A stretch of DNA of 64,000 bases from Neoechinorhynchus agilis (lineage: Eukaryota > Animalia > Acanthocephala). Shown here in pieces: positions 12,691 to 24,624 of this stretch; within the stretch, counting starts at the first letter, position 1, and every line of letters starts with the position of its first letter. The stretch covers positions 7,318,044 through 7,382,043 of the forward strand of contig CM121343.1 in the NCBI GenBank assembly GCA_051530055.1, read 5' to 3'. Both the position numbers and the translations under genes were made by a program. The notes under the pieces were generated by a model that did not search any database, was not told where the DNA came from, and worked only from the letters and a program-made list of their open reading frames with translations.

Positions 12691-15600
12691 ACTGTATCCG
12701 ACCCACTGTATAAACCAACTCGAACGGATAATCCCCTACTGGATAATTCCGCCAGAACGGACCTCCCCGTGCTGTATAAACCAACCCTAACGGATAATCC
12801 CCCGCTGTATAAACCAACCCTAACAGATAATCCCCTTCTGGATAATTCCATCCGAACGGACATACGTCCACTGTATAAACCACCCCAACTGATAATCCCT
12901 TACTGGATAATTCCACCCGGACGGACATCCCCCTGCTGTATACCAACCCGAACATAATCCCCTGCTGTATAAACCAACCCTAACGGATAATCCCCTGCTG
13001 TATAAACCAACCCGAACTTATAATCCCCTGCTGTATAAACCAACCCTAACGGATAATCCCCTGCTGTATAAACCAACCCGAACAGATAATCCCCTTCTGG
13101 ATAATTCCATCCGAACGGACATACGTCCACTGTATAAACCACCCCAACTGATAATCCCTTACTGGATAATTCCACCCGGACGGACATCCCCTTTATAAAC
13201 CAACCCGAACATAATCCCCTTTATAAACCAACCCTAACGATAATCCCCTGCTGTATAAACCAACCCGAACTTAAATCCCCTCTGAAAACCAACCCTAACG
13301 GATAATCCCCTGCTGTATAAACCAACCCGAACGGACAATCCCCCGCTGTATAAACCAACCCGAACTTATAATCCCCTGCTGTATAAACCAACCCTAACGG
13401 ATAATCCCCTGCTGTATAAACAGACCCGAACGGATAATCCCCTTCTGGATAATTCCATCCGAACGGACATACGTCCACTGTATAAACCACCCCAACTGAT
13501 AATCCCTTACTGGATAATTCCACCCGGACAGACATCCCCCTGCTGTATAAACCAACCCGAACTTATAATCCCCTGCTGTATAAACCAACTCGAACGGATA
13601 ATCCCCTGCTGTATAAACCAACCCGAACGGATAATCCCCCGCTGTATAAACCAACCCGAACGGATAATCCACCGCTGTATAAACCAACCTGAACAGATAA
13701 TCCCCTACTGGATAATTCCCCCAGAACGGACATCATCCTGCTGTATTAACCAACCCGAACGGATAATGTGGATAATTCCACCAGAACGGACATCCCCCTA
13801 CTGTATAAAGCAACCCTAACAGATAATCCCCTTCTGGATAATTCCGCCCGAACGGCTAGTCTCCTGCTGTATAAACCAACCCCAACGGACTTCCCCCGCT
13901 GTATAAACCAACCCGAACGGATCATCCCCTACTGGATAATTCCACCCGGACGGACTCCCCCTGCTGTATAAACCAACCCTAACAGATAATCCCCTTCTGA
14001 ATAATTCCGCCAGAACGGACATCCCCCTGCTGTATAAACCAACCCGAACGGATAATCCCCTTCTGGATAAATCCGCAAGAACGGACATCCGCCCACTGTA
14101 TAAACCAACCCGAACGGATAATCCCCCGCTGTATAAACCAACCCGGACGGATAATCCCCTACTGGATAATTTCGCCAGAATGGACATCCGTCCACTGTAT
14201 AAACCAACCCGAACGGATAATCCCCTTCTGGATAGTTCCGCAAGAACGGACATCCCCTGCTGTATAAACCAACCTTACAGATGATCCCCTTCTGGATAAT
14301 TTCGCATGAACGGACATCCGCCCGCTGTATAAACCAACCCTAACAGATAATCCCCTACCGGATAATTCCACCCGGACGGACTTCCTCTGCTATATAAACC
14401 AACCCGAACGGATAATCCCCTTCTGGACTATTCCGCCAGAACGGACATCTCCCTCCTGTATTAACCAACCCGAACAGATAATCCCCTGCTGGATAATTCC
14501 GCCCGAGCGGACTTCCCCCTGCTGTATGAACCAACCCTAACAGATAATCCCCTTCTGGATAATTCCACCCGAACGGCTAGTCTCCTGCTGTATAAACCAC
14601 AAGAACCCTAACCCCCGAACGGCTATCTCCTGCTGTATAACCAACCCGAACGATAATCCCCTGCTGGATAATTCCCCCGACGGCTTCCCTGCTGTATAAC
14701 CAACCCAACGTAATCCCCTCTGGATAATTCCGACGCTCCCCTGCTGTATAAACCAACCCGAACGGATAATCCCCTTCTGGATAATTCCGCCCGAACGGCT
14801 ATCTCCCGCTGTATAAACCAACCCGAACCGATAATCCCCTGCTGGATAATTCCACCCGGACGGACTTCCCCCTGCTTTATAAACCAACCCGAACGGATAA
14901 TCTCTGGATAATCCGCCCGACGGACTCCCAAAACCAACCCCCTGTATAAACCAACCTAACAGATAATCCCCTTCTGGATAATTCCTCCGAAGGACATACG
15001 CCACTGTATAAACCCCCAACGATAATCCCTTACTGGATAATTCCACCCGGACGGACATCCCCCTGCTGTATAAACCAACCCGAACGGATAATCCCTCGCT
15101 GGATAATTCCGCCCGAGCGGGCCTCCCCCTGCTGTATAAACTAACCCGAACGGATAATCCCCTGCTGGATAATTCCGCCCGAGCGGGCCTCCCCCTGCTG
15201 TATAAACCAACCTACAGATAATCCCCTTCTTGATAATTTCGCCAGAACGGACATCCGCCCACTGCATAAACCAACCCGACGGATAATCCTTCTGGATAAT
15301 TCGCCAGACGGACATCTTAACCCGAACGGATAATCCCCTACTGGATAATTCCGCCCGAGCGGGCCTCCCCCTGCTGTATAAACCAACCCGAACGGATAAT
15401 CCCCTTCTGGACTATTCCGCCAGAACGGACATCTCCCTCCTGTATTAACCAACCCGAACAGATAATCCCCTGCTGGATAATTCCGCCCGAGCGGACCTCC
15501 CCCTGCTGTATGAACCAACCCTAACAGATAATCCCCTTCTGGATAATTCCACCCGAACGGCTAGTCTCCTGCTGTATAAACCAACCCGAACCGATAATCC

Positions 15601-17030
15601 CCTGCTGGATAATTCCGCCAGAACGGCTATCTCCCGCTGTATTAACCAACCCGAACCGATAATCCCCTGCTTGATAATTCCACCCGAACGGCTAGTCTCC
15701 TGCTGTATAAACCAACCCGAACCGTTAATCCCCTGCTGGATAATTTCGCATGAGCGGGCCTCCCCTGCTGTATAAACCAACCCGAACGGATAATCCCCTA
15801 CTGGATAATTCCGCCCGAACGGCTAGTCTCCCGCTGTATAAACCAACCCGAACCGATAATCCCCTGCTGGATAATTCCACCCGGACGGACTTCCCCCTGC
15901 TTTATAAACCAACCCGAACGGATAATCCCCTGCTGGATAATTCCGCCCGGACGGACTTCCCCCTGCTGTATAAACCAACCCTAACGGATAATCCCCTGCT
16001 GTATAAACCAACCCTAACAGATAATCCCCTTCTGGATAATTCCATCCGAACGGACATACGTCCACTGTATAAACCACCCCAACTGATAATCCCTTACTGG
16101 ATAATTCCACCCGGACGGACATCCCCCTGCTGTATAAACCAACCCGAACGGATAATCCCTCGCTGTATAATTCCGCCCGAGCGGGCCTCCCCCTGCTGTA
16201 TAAACTAACCCGAAGGGATAATCCCCTGCTGGATAATTCCGCCCGAGCGGGCCTCCCCCTGCTGTATAAACCAATCCTAACAGATAATCCCCTTCTTGAT
16301 AATTTCGCCAGAACGGACATCCGCCCACTGCATAAACCAACCCGGACGGATAATTTCCTTCTGGATAATTTCGCCAGATCGGACATCTTAACCCGAACGG
16401 ATAATCCCCTGCTGGATAATTCCGCCCGAGCGGGCCTCCCCTGATAATCTCCCGCTGTATAAACTAACCCGAACGGATAATCTCCTACTGGATAATTCCG
16501 CCCGAGCGGGCCTCCCCCTGCTGTATAAACCAATCCTAACAGATAATCCCCTTCTTGATAATTTCACCAGAAGGGACATCCGCCCACTGCATAAACCAAC
16601 CCGGACGGATAATTTCCTTCTGGATAATTTCGCCAGATCGGACATCTTAACCCGAACGGATAATCCCCTGCTGGATAATTCCGCCCGAGCGGGCCTCCTG
16701 ATAATCTCCCGCTGTATAAACTAACCCGAACGGATAATCTCCTACTGGATAATTCCGCCCGAGCGGGCCTCCCCCTGCTGTATAAACCAACTCGAACGGA
16801 TAATCCCCTGCTGGATAATTCCGCCCGAGCGGGCCTCCCCCTGCTGTATAAACCAATCCTAACAGATAATCCCCTTCTTGATAATTTCGCCAGAACGGAC
16901 ATCCGCCCACTGCATAAACCAACCCGGACGGATAATTTCCTTCTGGATAATTTCGCCAGATCGGACATCTTAACCCGAACGGATAATCCCCTGCTGGATA
17001 ATTCCGCCCGAACGGACTTATCCCTGCTGT
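12690..17030 (+). repeat. Satellite array A: ~31-32-bp monomers and ~63-bp dimers with irregular higher-order blocks
   Basis: Recurrent ctgtataaaccaacccgaacggataatcccc and ctggataattccgcccgaacggacatcccc. Starts immediately after the LINE 3' UTR motif. Confidence 0.95.
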
Positions 17031-17429
17031 ATAATAACAATTTTATTTGATCATACGTACGAACAGGAGTGTCAGAGGGCCATAACATAAGTTGTGCAAT
17101 CATTCATTTCGAACATCCATCCATCCATCTGCATAGATTATGTTTCAAGTAGTCAATATCTGGCTGCTTGATGAATAGTGCATTTTTTAGCAGAACCTCT
17201 CCAAAAATAAGACGTTGATCCGGAGGTCCACCGCGACTAAAAACGTGAGGCCAGAGATGGCCCATGTTTTCCAAATTTGAACGCGTTTTTTCCGTTAGTT
17301 TCAGCTTACTTGTTCTAACATAAAAACCTTTTGTTATTTGAGAATTTTATTAAAATGTGTCAGGTCAAATTTCTGATTCAACCTTGCATTAAAATTATAT
17401 CCTAAAATCTTAATTCGGTTGAATTTTTT

Positions 17430-20340
17430 GTTAATTGGATCTTAGTCTACAATTGGTAGGATTTGTTCCCTGATTATCCTTCTTAACTTTTTGGTAAGAT
17501 GAGGGCTACCAGCCACGGCCATAATGTTTGTTTTATTGCAATTCAAGCTTAGGCCCATTAAGTTTGACTGCCGATTAATAAAAGATACGAGGTCTCTCAT
17601 TAACACCGGGAGTTCCCAGGAGTTATCGGTAAAAAGAACCGCGCTAATATCTTCTGCGTAGATAATCGTTTTCACCCCATTTATTGAATAGCCCGAGATG
17701 AATTGCATCGCAACCAGGAATAGTATTGGCGATAGCGGTGAACCCTGAGGGAGACCTTCAGTTGGGAAGAAAACTTTGCCGTCCGTGCCGTCCTCGAAGT
17801 AAAAGGATTTTGAGCCAAGTATATCCCTCAGACGGGCAAGAATATCGTTAGGAAAATTGTGGTGTAGGTTGATATTGTCATAGGCCGCTGAGAAATCAAA
17901 AGAAACTAGGCATTTGCATGGGTTGTGGGAAAGATCAGAATAGATATCCCTAACGGCCGAAATGACCGACCTACCCTCGAAGAAACCATGACAGTTTGAG
18001 GATGTGAACGTGGGAAGAAAATTATATATCCAAGATGACTTTTATTGAAATATTTCGTCCAATCACGCTGGACTTCTTCAGTCAATTATTGCTTGTAGGT
18101 TTTTAAATATGTGAGTTCGGACGAAATATTTCAATAAAAGTCATCTTGGATATATAATTTTTTCCCCACGTTCACATACTCATGGATTTTATCCTTAACA
18201 GTTTCAGGAGATTATGTCCTTCTCCACACAAAATTCCATGAGGTAGTCAGCGAGTGCCTTCTCATATAACGGTACTAGAGAATTTTGTATTGAGATAAGC
18301 CTCGGGTCAGATGGGGAAGTAACTGTATGTTTTTTGCCTTTAACCAGGAGTGTTAATTTTTCCCACTCGTCCCTAGATGCCATTAGAATGCAGGAAATAA
18401 TTGCTGGTTTTATTGATTGATCAATAAATTTAAGGCATTTCGAGGGCGCCGAGAAATTATTCGTAGACATCTTGACGGATTTATCCCAAGCCCTTAGCAA
18501 ATCATTCGAAGTCAAGTCTCCATTATTTAGGGATCGCAGCAGAGGCAACTTCAGCCAGTTACCATTAGGCACTAAGCCAGCACCAAACGATAATTTCTCA
18601 ATAATCTCTCTCGAATCCAACGAGCCGCTCTGACTCTCCACCGAACATATTTGGAGTTTTTTAGAATGCGCCAGAAAGATTTATATAATTGCAAGCCCAG
18701 CATTTTCGCGTCTAATTACGACTTAGACGTGTCGTCCTGTAAAAGATCGCAAATTATTCAAGATTACCCTACCAGTTACAGAATAATTAGGCACTGATAA
18801 AAATATATTGGACATTTTAGAAATTAGATGATTCCACGCCGGAAGGGTACTATAATTCGGCATTGTACACTTGATTGCGAAATTGAAGAAGGTTACATTA
18901 AGGAGAGAGAAGCGATATTTTCGGGATAACGACAGGTCGTCCGTAATATTCCATGTCGACATATCATGGAAGCAAATTTCCGCAATCGACGTCTGTTTGG
19001 CGAGGGATATTGTCACGCGTCGATCCAATCGGGCGAAACAACCATCCAAGAAGGAATGAGAATTGTTATGGAGCCTGTCAAAAGTAGGCTGAATAGGACA
19101 GATGAATTCGTGTGTGCCATCACGATTGGCCACAGCCCGGGTCCATTTTCTGGACAGATCATTAAAATCCCCGAACAAGGGAACGTTCCTGTCCTTGGTT
19201 GTGGATTTATGGATAAAATTAGGGCGAACATACACATTTCCTATTAAAATTTTCCTCCAGCTTTTCCTTTCATCTCGAATAGAGCGAAAGATAAGTTCTC
19301 ATTTACGTAACTTTGAACAAGAGAGACGCATAACTCTTTCTTGAATAGAGACAATAGGCCAGAGGAATGAGGGTTTAACGGAGAAGAAGGGAAAACGTCG
19401 TATTTCATCAAAACTGAAGTAGGTAATAAATTATTAAATTCGAAGGCTGCTTTCTTTACTTCTTGGACGCAAATAAAATCCCGGTTAATGTGATTAAAAA
19501 AATTAAGTTTATTAAAAGCCGCGGCTCCTCCAGAGTTCCACTGAAGGCAGTGAAGATTTAGGGGTGCTGGAGAGGTCCCACTGGGCATCATTCGATGGAG
19601 ATGGGCTCCATGAGTGCATCAGAATCGCTAGTAATGATTCTACTGGCTGAGGCATCATTAGCAGCACTGCGTGGAGCTTTCTTGTTCACTTTGTCACGGC
19701 CTTTGACAAACCCCGCTTACCTTTAGGTTGTGCAGAGACCATATTGACACCATTGTTCGGGTTGCAATCCGAGACTGAAGCGAACTGGTTGTGTCAAGGT
19801 AAGTAGCTTGTGAATATGTTCAGATAGTTGGTTCTGCATATTATTGAAGAGCATTGTTATTCGGTGTGACACTTCCTCTAATACTTTCTCAAAGATTCTC
19901 TGACATATTATATTCTCATTCAAGATGCTTCGACCGTTATCAGCAGCGGCCTTATGAGTCTCCTGGACCACGGTTTTAGATACCATCGTAGGAATCTAGT
20001 TTTTGTTACTAGCAGCGACATTCTTTAAAATAACACCACAATTTCCGCACTTGACAATCTTGTTGTTGCGGACTGACGTATGATGGAGTTCTGAGCAGCT
20101 CCCCTACTGGATAATTTCGCCCGAAAAGGGACTTCCTCCGACGTGTGAACAACCGCATTCTTTGAATAACTCTGATCTTGAATGTTTCTGAGGGTGAAAT
20201 TCTTGTTAAAACGTGCCAATATTCCATCTAAATGCCATCTTTGCGACGCAAATGCGAACAAAGGTAACGAAAGGCGTCCAATAGCAACCAAATCACGCAT
20301 AGAATCCCACCTAACCAAGGATAAAATTTGATTCATTCCA
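17430..20340 (-). mobile_element. Degenerate non-LTR retrotransposon, second family (ORF1 remnant, APE, RT)
   Basis: LQWNSGG...FICVQEVK, LFGDFN, PTF..SFLDGCF (APE). DPRLISIQNSL..LYEK, HGFFEGRS, QGLPQGSPLSPILF, IIYAEDI (RT). Many stops and frameshifts. Confidence 0.8.
17991..18180. mobile_element. 190-bp MITE inserted in the RT of the second LINE family, CATG target-site duplication
   Basis: ~58-bp inverted arms (18002-18060 vs 18119-18177). CATG at 17987-17990 and 18181-18184. Removing it restores the RT motif HGFFEGRS on the minus strand. Confidence 0.8.
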
Positions 20341-20976
20341 CTATTGTTTGTTTCTCATGACGGTGAAAAATTCAAGGTACTTTTGTTAAATCCGATATTT
20401 GGGCACGATATCGTGCATTTATCAAGGTTGTCAGTTATCTAAAGATTATACTATTTAATCATGATTAAGTTACCCAGATTTGACTCAATGGTCCTTACGC
20501 TAATCTGTAAGTCACATATCCTTCTGGATAAAAAAATCCTGAACTACGATCAGCAAATCTGAAACTGTTCTGCCAAAAGACCAAAATAATAGAAGGAGCC
20601 TTACAAGTTGGGAACCTTAATTTATAAAGATGCCGTTCCCAACTCGTGGTCCTTGGATCGAAACCACCATGAAATAATCGCGTGGACTTCTTCGAAAGCC
20701 TAATCTTAGGTTTCCCATCGATATGTTTGTGAATCGATGTTAGTGCATTTTACCGATACCATTTGATCATTATGATACCAAAGTGATTTTAGCTTTTTAG
20801 GACTCGCGAGAAATGGTTGGCCATTCACAAACCTGTTTTAAATAATTTGACTCTCGTCTCAAAGTAAGAATCTTTCAATGGTTGTATCGTGGAATTTTCA
20901 AACTACTTTTTGAGTGAGTTTGTTTCGTTTCAAAAAAGTGGTGCATTGACGCCACAGGTTATACAAAACGCCGGAC

Positions 20977-22167
20977 ATGGGCCCTAAAAGTGCTGAATTC
21001 GAAGCTGCGACTCGGATGAGAATATCCTCAATTCAAAGGAAGAAATGCGCTACCGTCGGAATTACTGGGAGTGTGCTTGGAGGCATGATTGAAGGGTTTG
21101 AGTTGGAAGGTCAAGAGTTTCCGTCCACGATACAGAGCAGATCTCTGTGGGTCAGTGAAACGAATGGATCCGATGATCCAACATTATTAAAGGAGAATAA
21201 AAGAGATGAAGATTTTGGAGAAGAAGGTATTTCTAAATCACAGAAACGAAGAATGAGAAAGCAAAAAAAGAAGGAAGTGTCATTATTGGCTAAAAACGAT
21301 TCTCCGCCGACACAAAGGAAAAAGAATAAAACGGTGAAGAAGTTTTTCAGAAGTTTAATCGATAATGATGGCATTTTGAACATGGAAGCAACACTACAAC
21401 AAATGAATAGAAAGCAAAGAGTGCGAAGGTTAGCAAGTGCTGCGACCCACTATACCCGTTGGAAAAGGAATCCGTTTCCGCTAGCTGAATCGTTTGTTTC
21501 GACGATTTCAAAGAAACTTGATGAATTAATGGATGGTGGCGCTTCCATCGACTTTGCATCTCTCGCAAAGGATGAAGTGCGAAAAGTCGTAAAAAGTGAA
21601 AAGGGCGTCGTCGTAAAAACACCCAGCAGACGGCAACCGCTTTCGACCAAATTTAAAGGTCATTCAAAAGATATTTCTTCTAAAAAGTTTGAAGTAAAAA
21701 CCACAAAAGTGCCGCACATTGAGGTTTTAAAAGGTTGTGGTTCGTTCGTTCGTTCGAGTGTGAAATCGGTTGAAATAGCAAATGTAAGCAGCTCAGTGAG
21801 TCAAAACTGCAAGGAGGGTTTAACGGACGATCACGATGATACTGAGGCTAATCATGGATCACAAAATATTATTGAACGAGAAGCTGTGAATGTAAATATA
21901 GCGGAAATAAACACACGGAAACACGAAACATCATCAGTAGAAAGTGGGAAATGTTGCGCAGTGGAGAATCCCATCGACGTTTCTGTTTTAAATGAAGATC
22001 ACGCAAGTGGTCCCAGCACTCCGAAACATTCTTCAATGCCTTCAAAGGCGCAAGACACATTTAGAACCCATAACGAACTTGACAAAATGGTTGCTATTGT
22101 GGATTTAATGAAGAATATGTGGCATGACATCACTGATGATTCTAAAGAGAACATTTGGTACGTATAA
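20977..22167 (+). CDS. Hypothetical Lys/Ser-rich protein (396 aa) with basic NLS-like tracts
   Basis: Uninterrupted ATG-to-TAA frame of 396 codons with KRRMRKQKKK and RKKNKTVKK tracts. No family recognised. Confidence 0.6.
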   Translation: MGPKSAEFEAATRMRISSIQRKKCATVGITGSVLGGMIEGFELEGQEFPSTIQSRSLWVSETNGSDDPTLLKENKRDEDFGEEGISKSQKRRMRKQKKKEVSLLAKNDSPPTQRKKNKTVKKFFRSLIDNDGILNMEATLQQMNRKQRVRRLASAATHYTRWKRNPFPLAESFVSTISKKLDELMDGGASIDFASLAKDEVRKVVKSEKGVVVKTPSRRQPLSTKFKGHSKDISSKKFEVKTTKVPHIEVLKGCGSFVRSSVKSVEIANVSSSVSQNCKEGLTDDHDDTEANHGSQNIIEREAVNVNIAEINTRKHETSSVESGKCCAVENPIDVSVLNEDHASGPSTPKHSSMPSKAQDTFRTHNELDKMVAIVDLMKNMWHDITDDSKENIWYV

Positions 22168-22589
22168 TGTGATCTCTAATCCGCTTTGTTTTTCAAGAGC
22201 GATTAGTTCTTTCTTAAGGAAACATGTTTTTTAAATTAGCTAATCTCCGATGGTTCATTTAAGAAATGGTTCTTATCGTTGGACTTAGGAAATTAATTGG
22301 ATTGACATCTCACTTTTCAAAGAGTTGTCCAATTTTAAACACCTTTCGCACATCTATCCGAGTCTTCAGTGCGTTCAGAGTAAACGCATTGAAAACATAA
22401 ATTGTTCACCTAAACGGAAATGAGTCTAAATATTGGTCATTAACGGTATTAACCTCGCCAATCTGCCTAAGCGCATTCCAGTAAAAACATAAAACGTTTT
22501 ATCCTGAAATCTGACTATCCTCTTACATACTTTTTTAAGTGTTATGAACATCTCTGTGCCCAAGGAAACTTATTGGCCCAGTAAGCGAT

Positions 22590-23655
22590 GTTCACTTCAC
22601 CACTTAATTAACTGAACCGGCTTGCCAGGAGACATAAGAAAATTCAGTACTTGCCCCGAGGTATAAAACTGGCAGAGTTTGTACATTCCGTAGCTGTGTC
22701 GAAGTGGACTTGAGTCCCGAATCTGTGTTTCAGAGTCAAAGTGTTCAAAATCCATTAGCGTCGATGACTCATAACGAATGGGGAAGGAAACAAAATGACG
22801 AGTTCGTCTCCTCAGGAGGTATCCAAATATCTGGAGGGATTCATGAAAACTCATGACCGTATGTTTTGGAGAGTTTAAGTGATTCAATCACTTCTCCGAT
22901 CCAAAATATCGGTTGCCTGTATGCCTAAAAGAAAAAAGGCGAGCAAGGGATGTTCACTTAATTAACTGAACCGGCTTGCCAGGAGACATAAGAAAATTCA
23001 GTACTTGCCCCGAGGTATAAAACTGGCAGAGTTTGTACATTCCGTAGCTGTGTCGAAGTGGACTTGAGTCCCGAATCTGTGTTTCAGAGTCAAAGTGTTC
23101 AAAATCCATTAGCGTCGATGACTCATAACGAATGGGGAAGGAAACAAAATGACGAGTCCGTCTCCTCAGGAGGTATCCAAATATCTGGAGGGATTCATGT
23201 AAAACTCATGACCGTATGTTTTGGAGAGTTTAAGTGATTCAATCACTTCTCCGATCCAAAATATCAGTTGCCTGTATGCCTAAAAGGAAAAAAGCCGAGC
23301 AAGGGATGTTCACTTAATTAACTGAACCGGCTTGCCAGGAGACATAAGAAAATTCAGTACTTGCCCCGAGGTATAAAACTGGCAGAGTTTGTACATTCCG
23401 TGGCTGTGTTGAAGTGGACTTGAGTCCCGAATCTGTGTTTCAGAGTCAAAGTACTCAAAATCTATTAGCGTCGATGACTCATAACGAAAGGGGAAGGAAA
23501 CAAAATGACGAGTTCGTCTCCTCAGGAGGTATCCAAATATCCGGAGGGATTCATGTAAAACTCATGACCGTATGTTTTGGAGAGTTTAAGTGATTCAATC
23601 ACTTCTCCGATCCGAGATATCGGTTGTCTGTGTGCCTAAAAGGAAAAAAGGCGAG
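22590..23655 (-). repeat. Second array (~3 copies) of the 356-bp unit, inverted relative to 6700-10047
   Basis: Reverse complement of the unit (cacttaattaactgaaccggc...gcctaaaaggaaaaaaggcgag) repeated three times. Confidence 0.95.
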
Positions 23656-24624
23656 AATATTAATTATTAATGTGCGGCCTTTTTCCACGTCTGATAATTT
23701 TCCTTGGACATACAGCCCACCGAACCACGGAAAGGACTTTTATCTAAACGCAGAATAAATGCACCCGGTTAGCCAGACTTAAAATATATCAAAATGTTTT
23801 AAGGCTCTTCTAGGAAAGAAAGTTCTGTTGTCTAAAAACTGAACCGCCGCATCAAAATAAAATCGATGTTGATGCTCACGATAAGGGCGATTTCAGTAAA
23901 GTTGATTGAAAGTGCGATGTATTGGCGAATCAGCAAAACGGATTTAAGTAGCAGGATTCTAAAAAACGCTAAGAACAAATTATTATTTTATCGGCTTCCC
24001 CACGATTGAACAGCGTTTTGACGCAACTATAAACATTTGCTTCAAACTCATTTAAAGTGGATTTAAGTCAAAGATCAAGGATTTCTCAATCGCGTAATAC
24101 CAAACGGTAGATTCGATTAAGAATACTGGCAGAATGCGGTAAAATGAGATCTTATAGACGAACAATGCCCGGTTATTTCGATCGGGCGACAAAAAAATCA
24201 TGAGCCCAAAGTTATGGCGAACCATTTTTTCTATTTTTGAGGCAATAGTGATACTCGAATGAACTAAACCAGAAGTTTCAGTCTAATTTTTTGAAAGCTA
24301 CATACTGGACAAGGTTCCCAGTCGATTTTGATTTGGGAATGGAAAAATCGCATGTAAACTGATTTACGGATTGTGACCTTTTTACTAAGCCCGCACTCGC
24401 AACCAATCACGTCCTATTCACACAGGCATATCAGTCGCGCATTTTGAGGTTGGCAAGATCATATCGTACCCGTCGATCTATCATATCACTCACACGTAGT
24501 CATGGTCTGGACTAGTTCCGGAATAATGTTTAACAGGCCATAAGGAGGAGTATTTGTCGCTTATTTATATATGTTTGCATATATATAGAAAACGGTATGC
24601 AGTCGTTCCATCGAGTTCAATATT

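Noticed and set aside
12561-17103. Dozens of repetitive ORFs (YTAGDYPFGLV, LYKPTRTDNP) in satellite A
   Set aside because: They occur in all frames on both strands and are broken by monomer indels; a by-product of the repeat.
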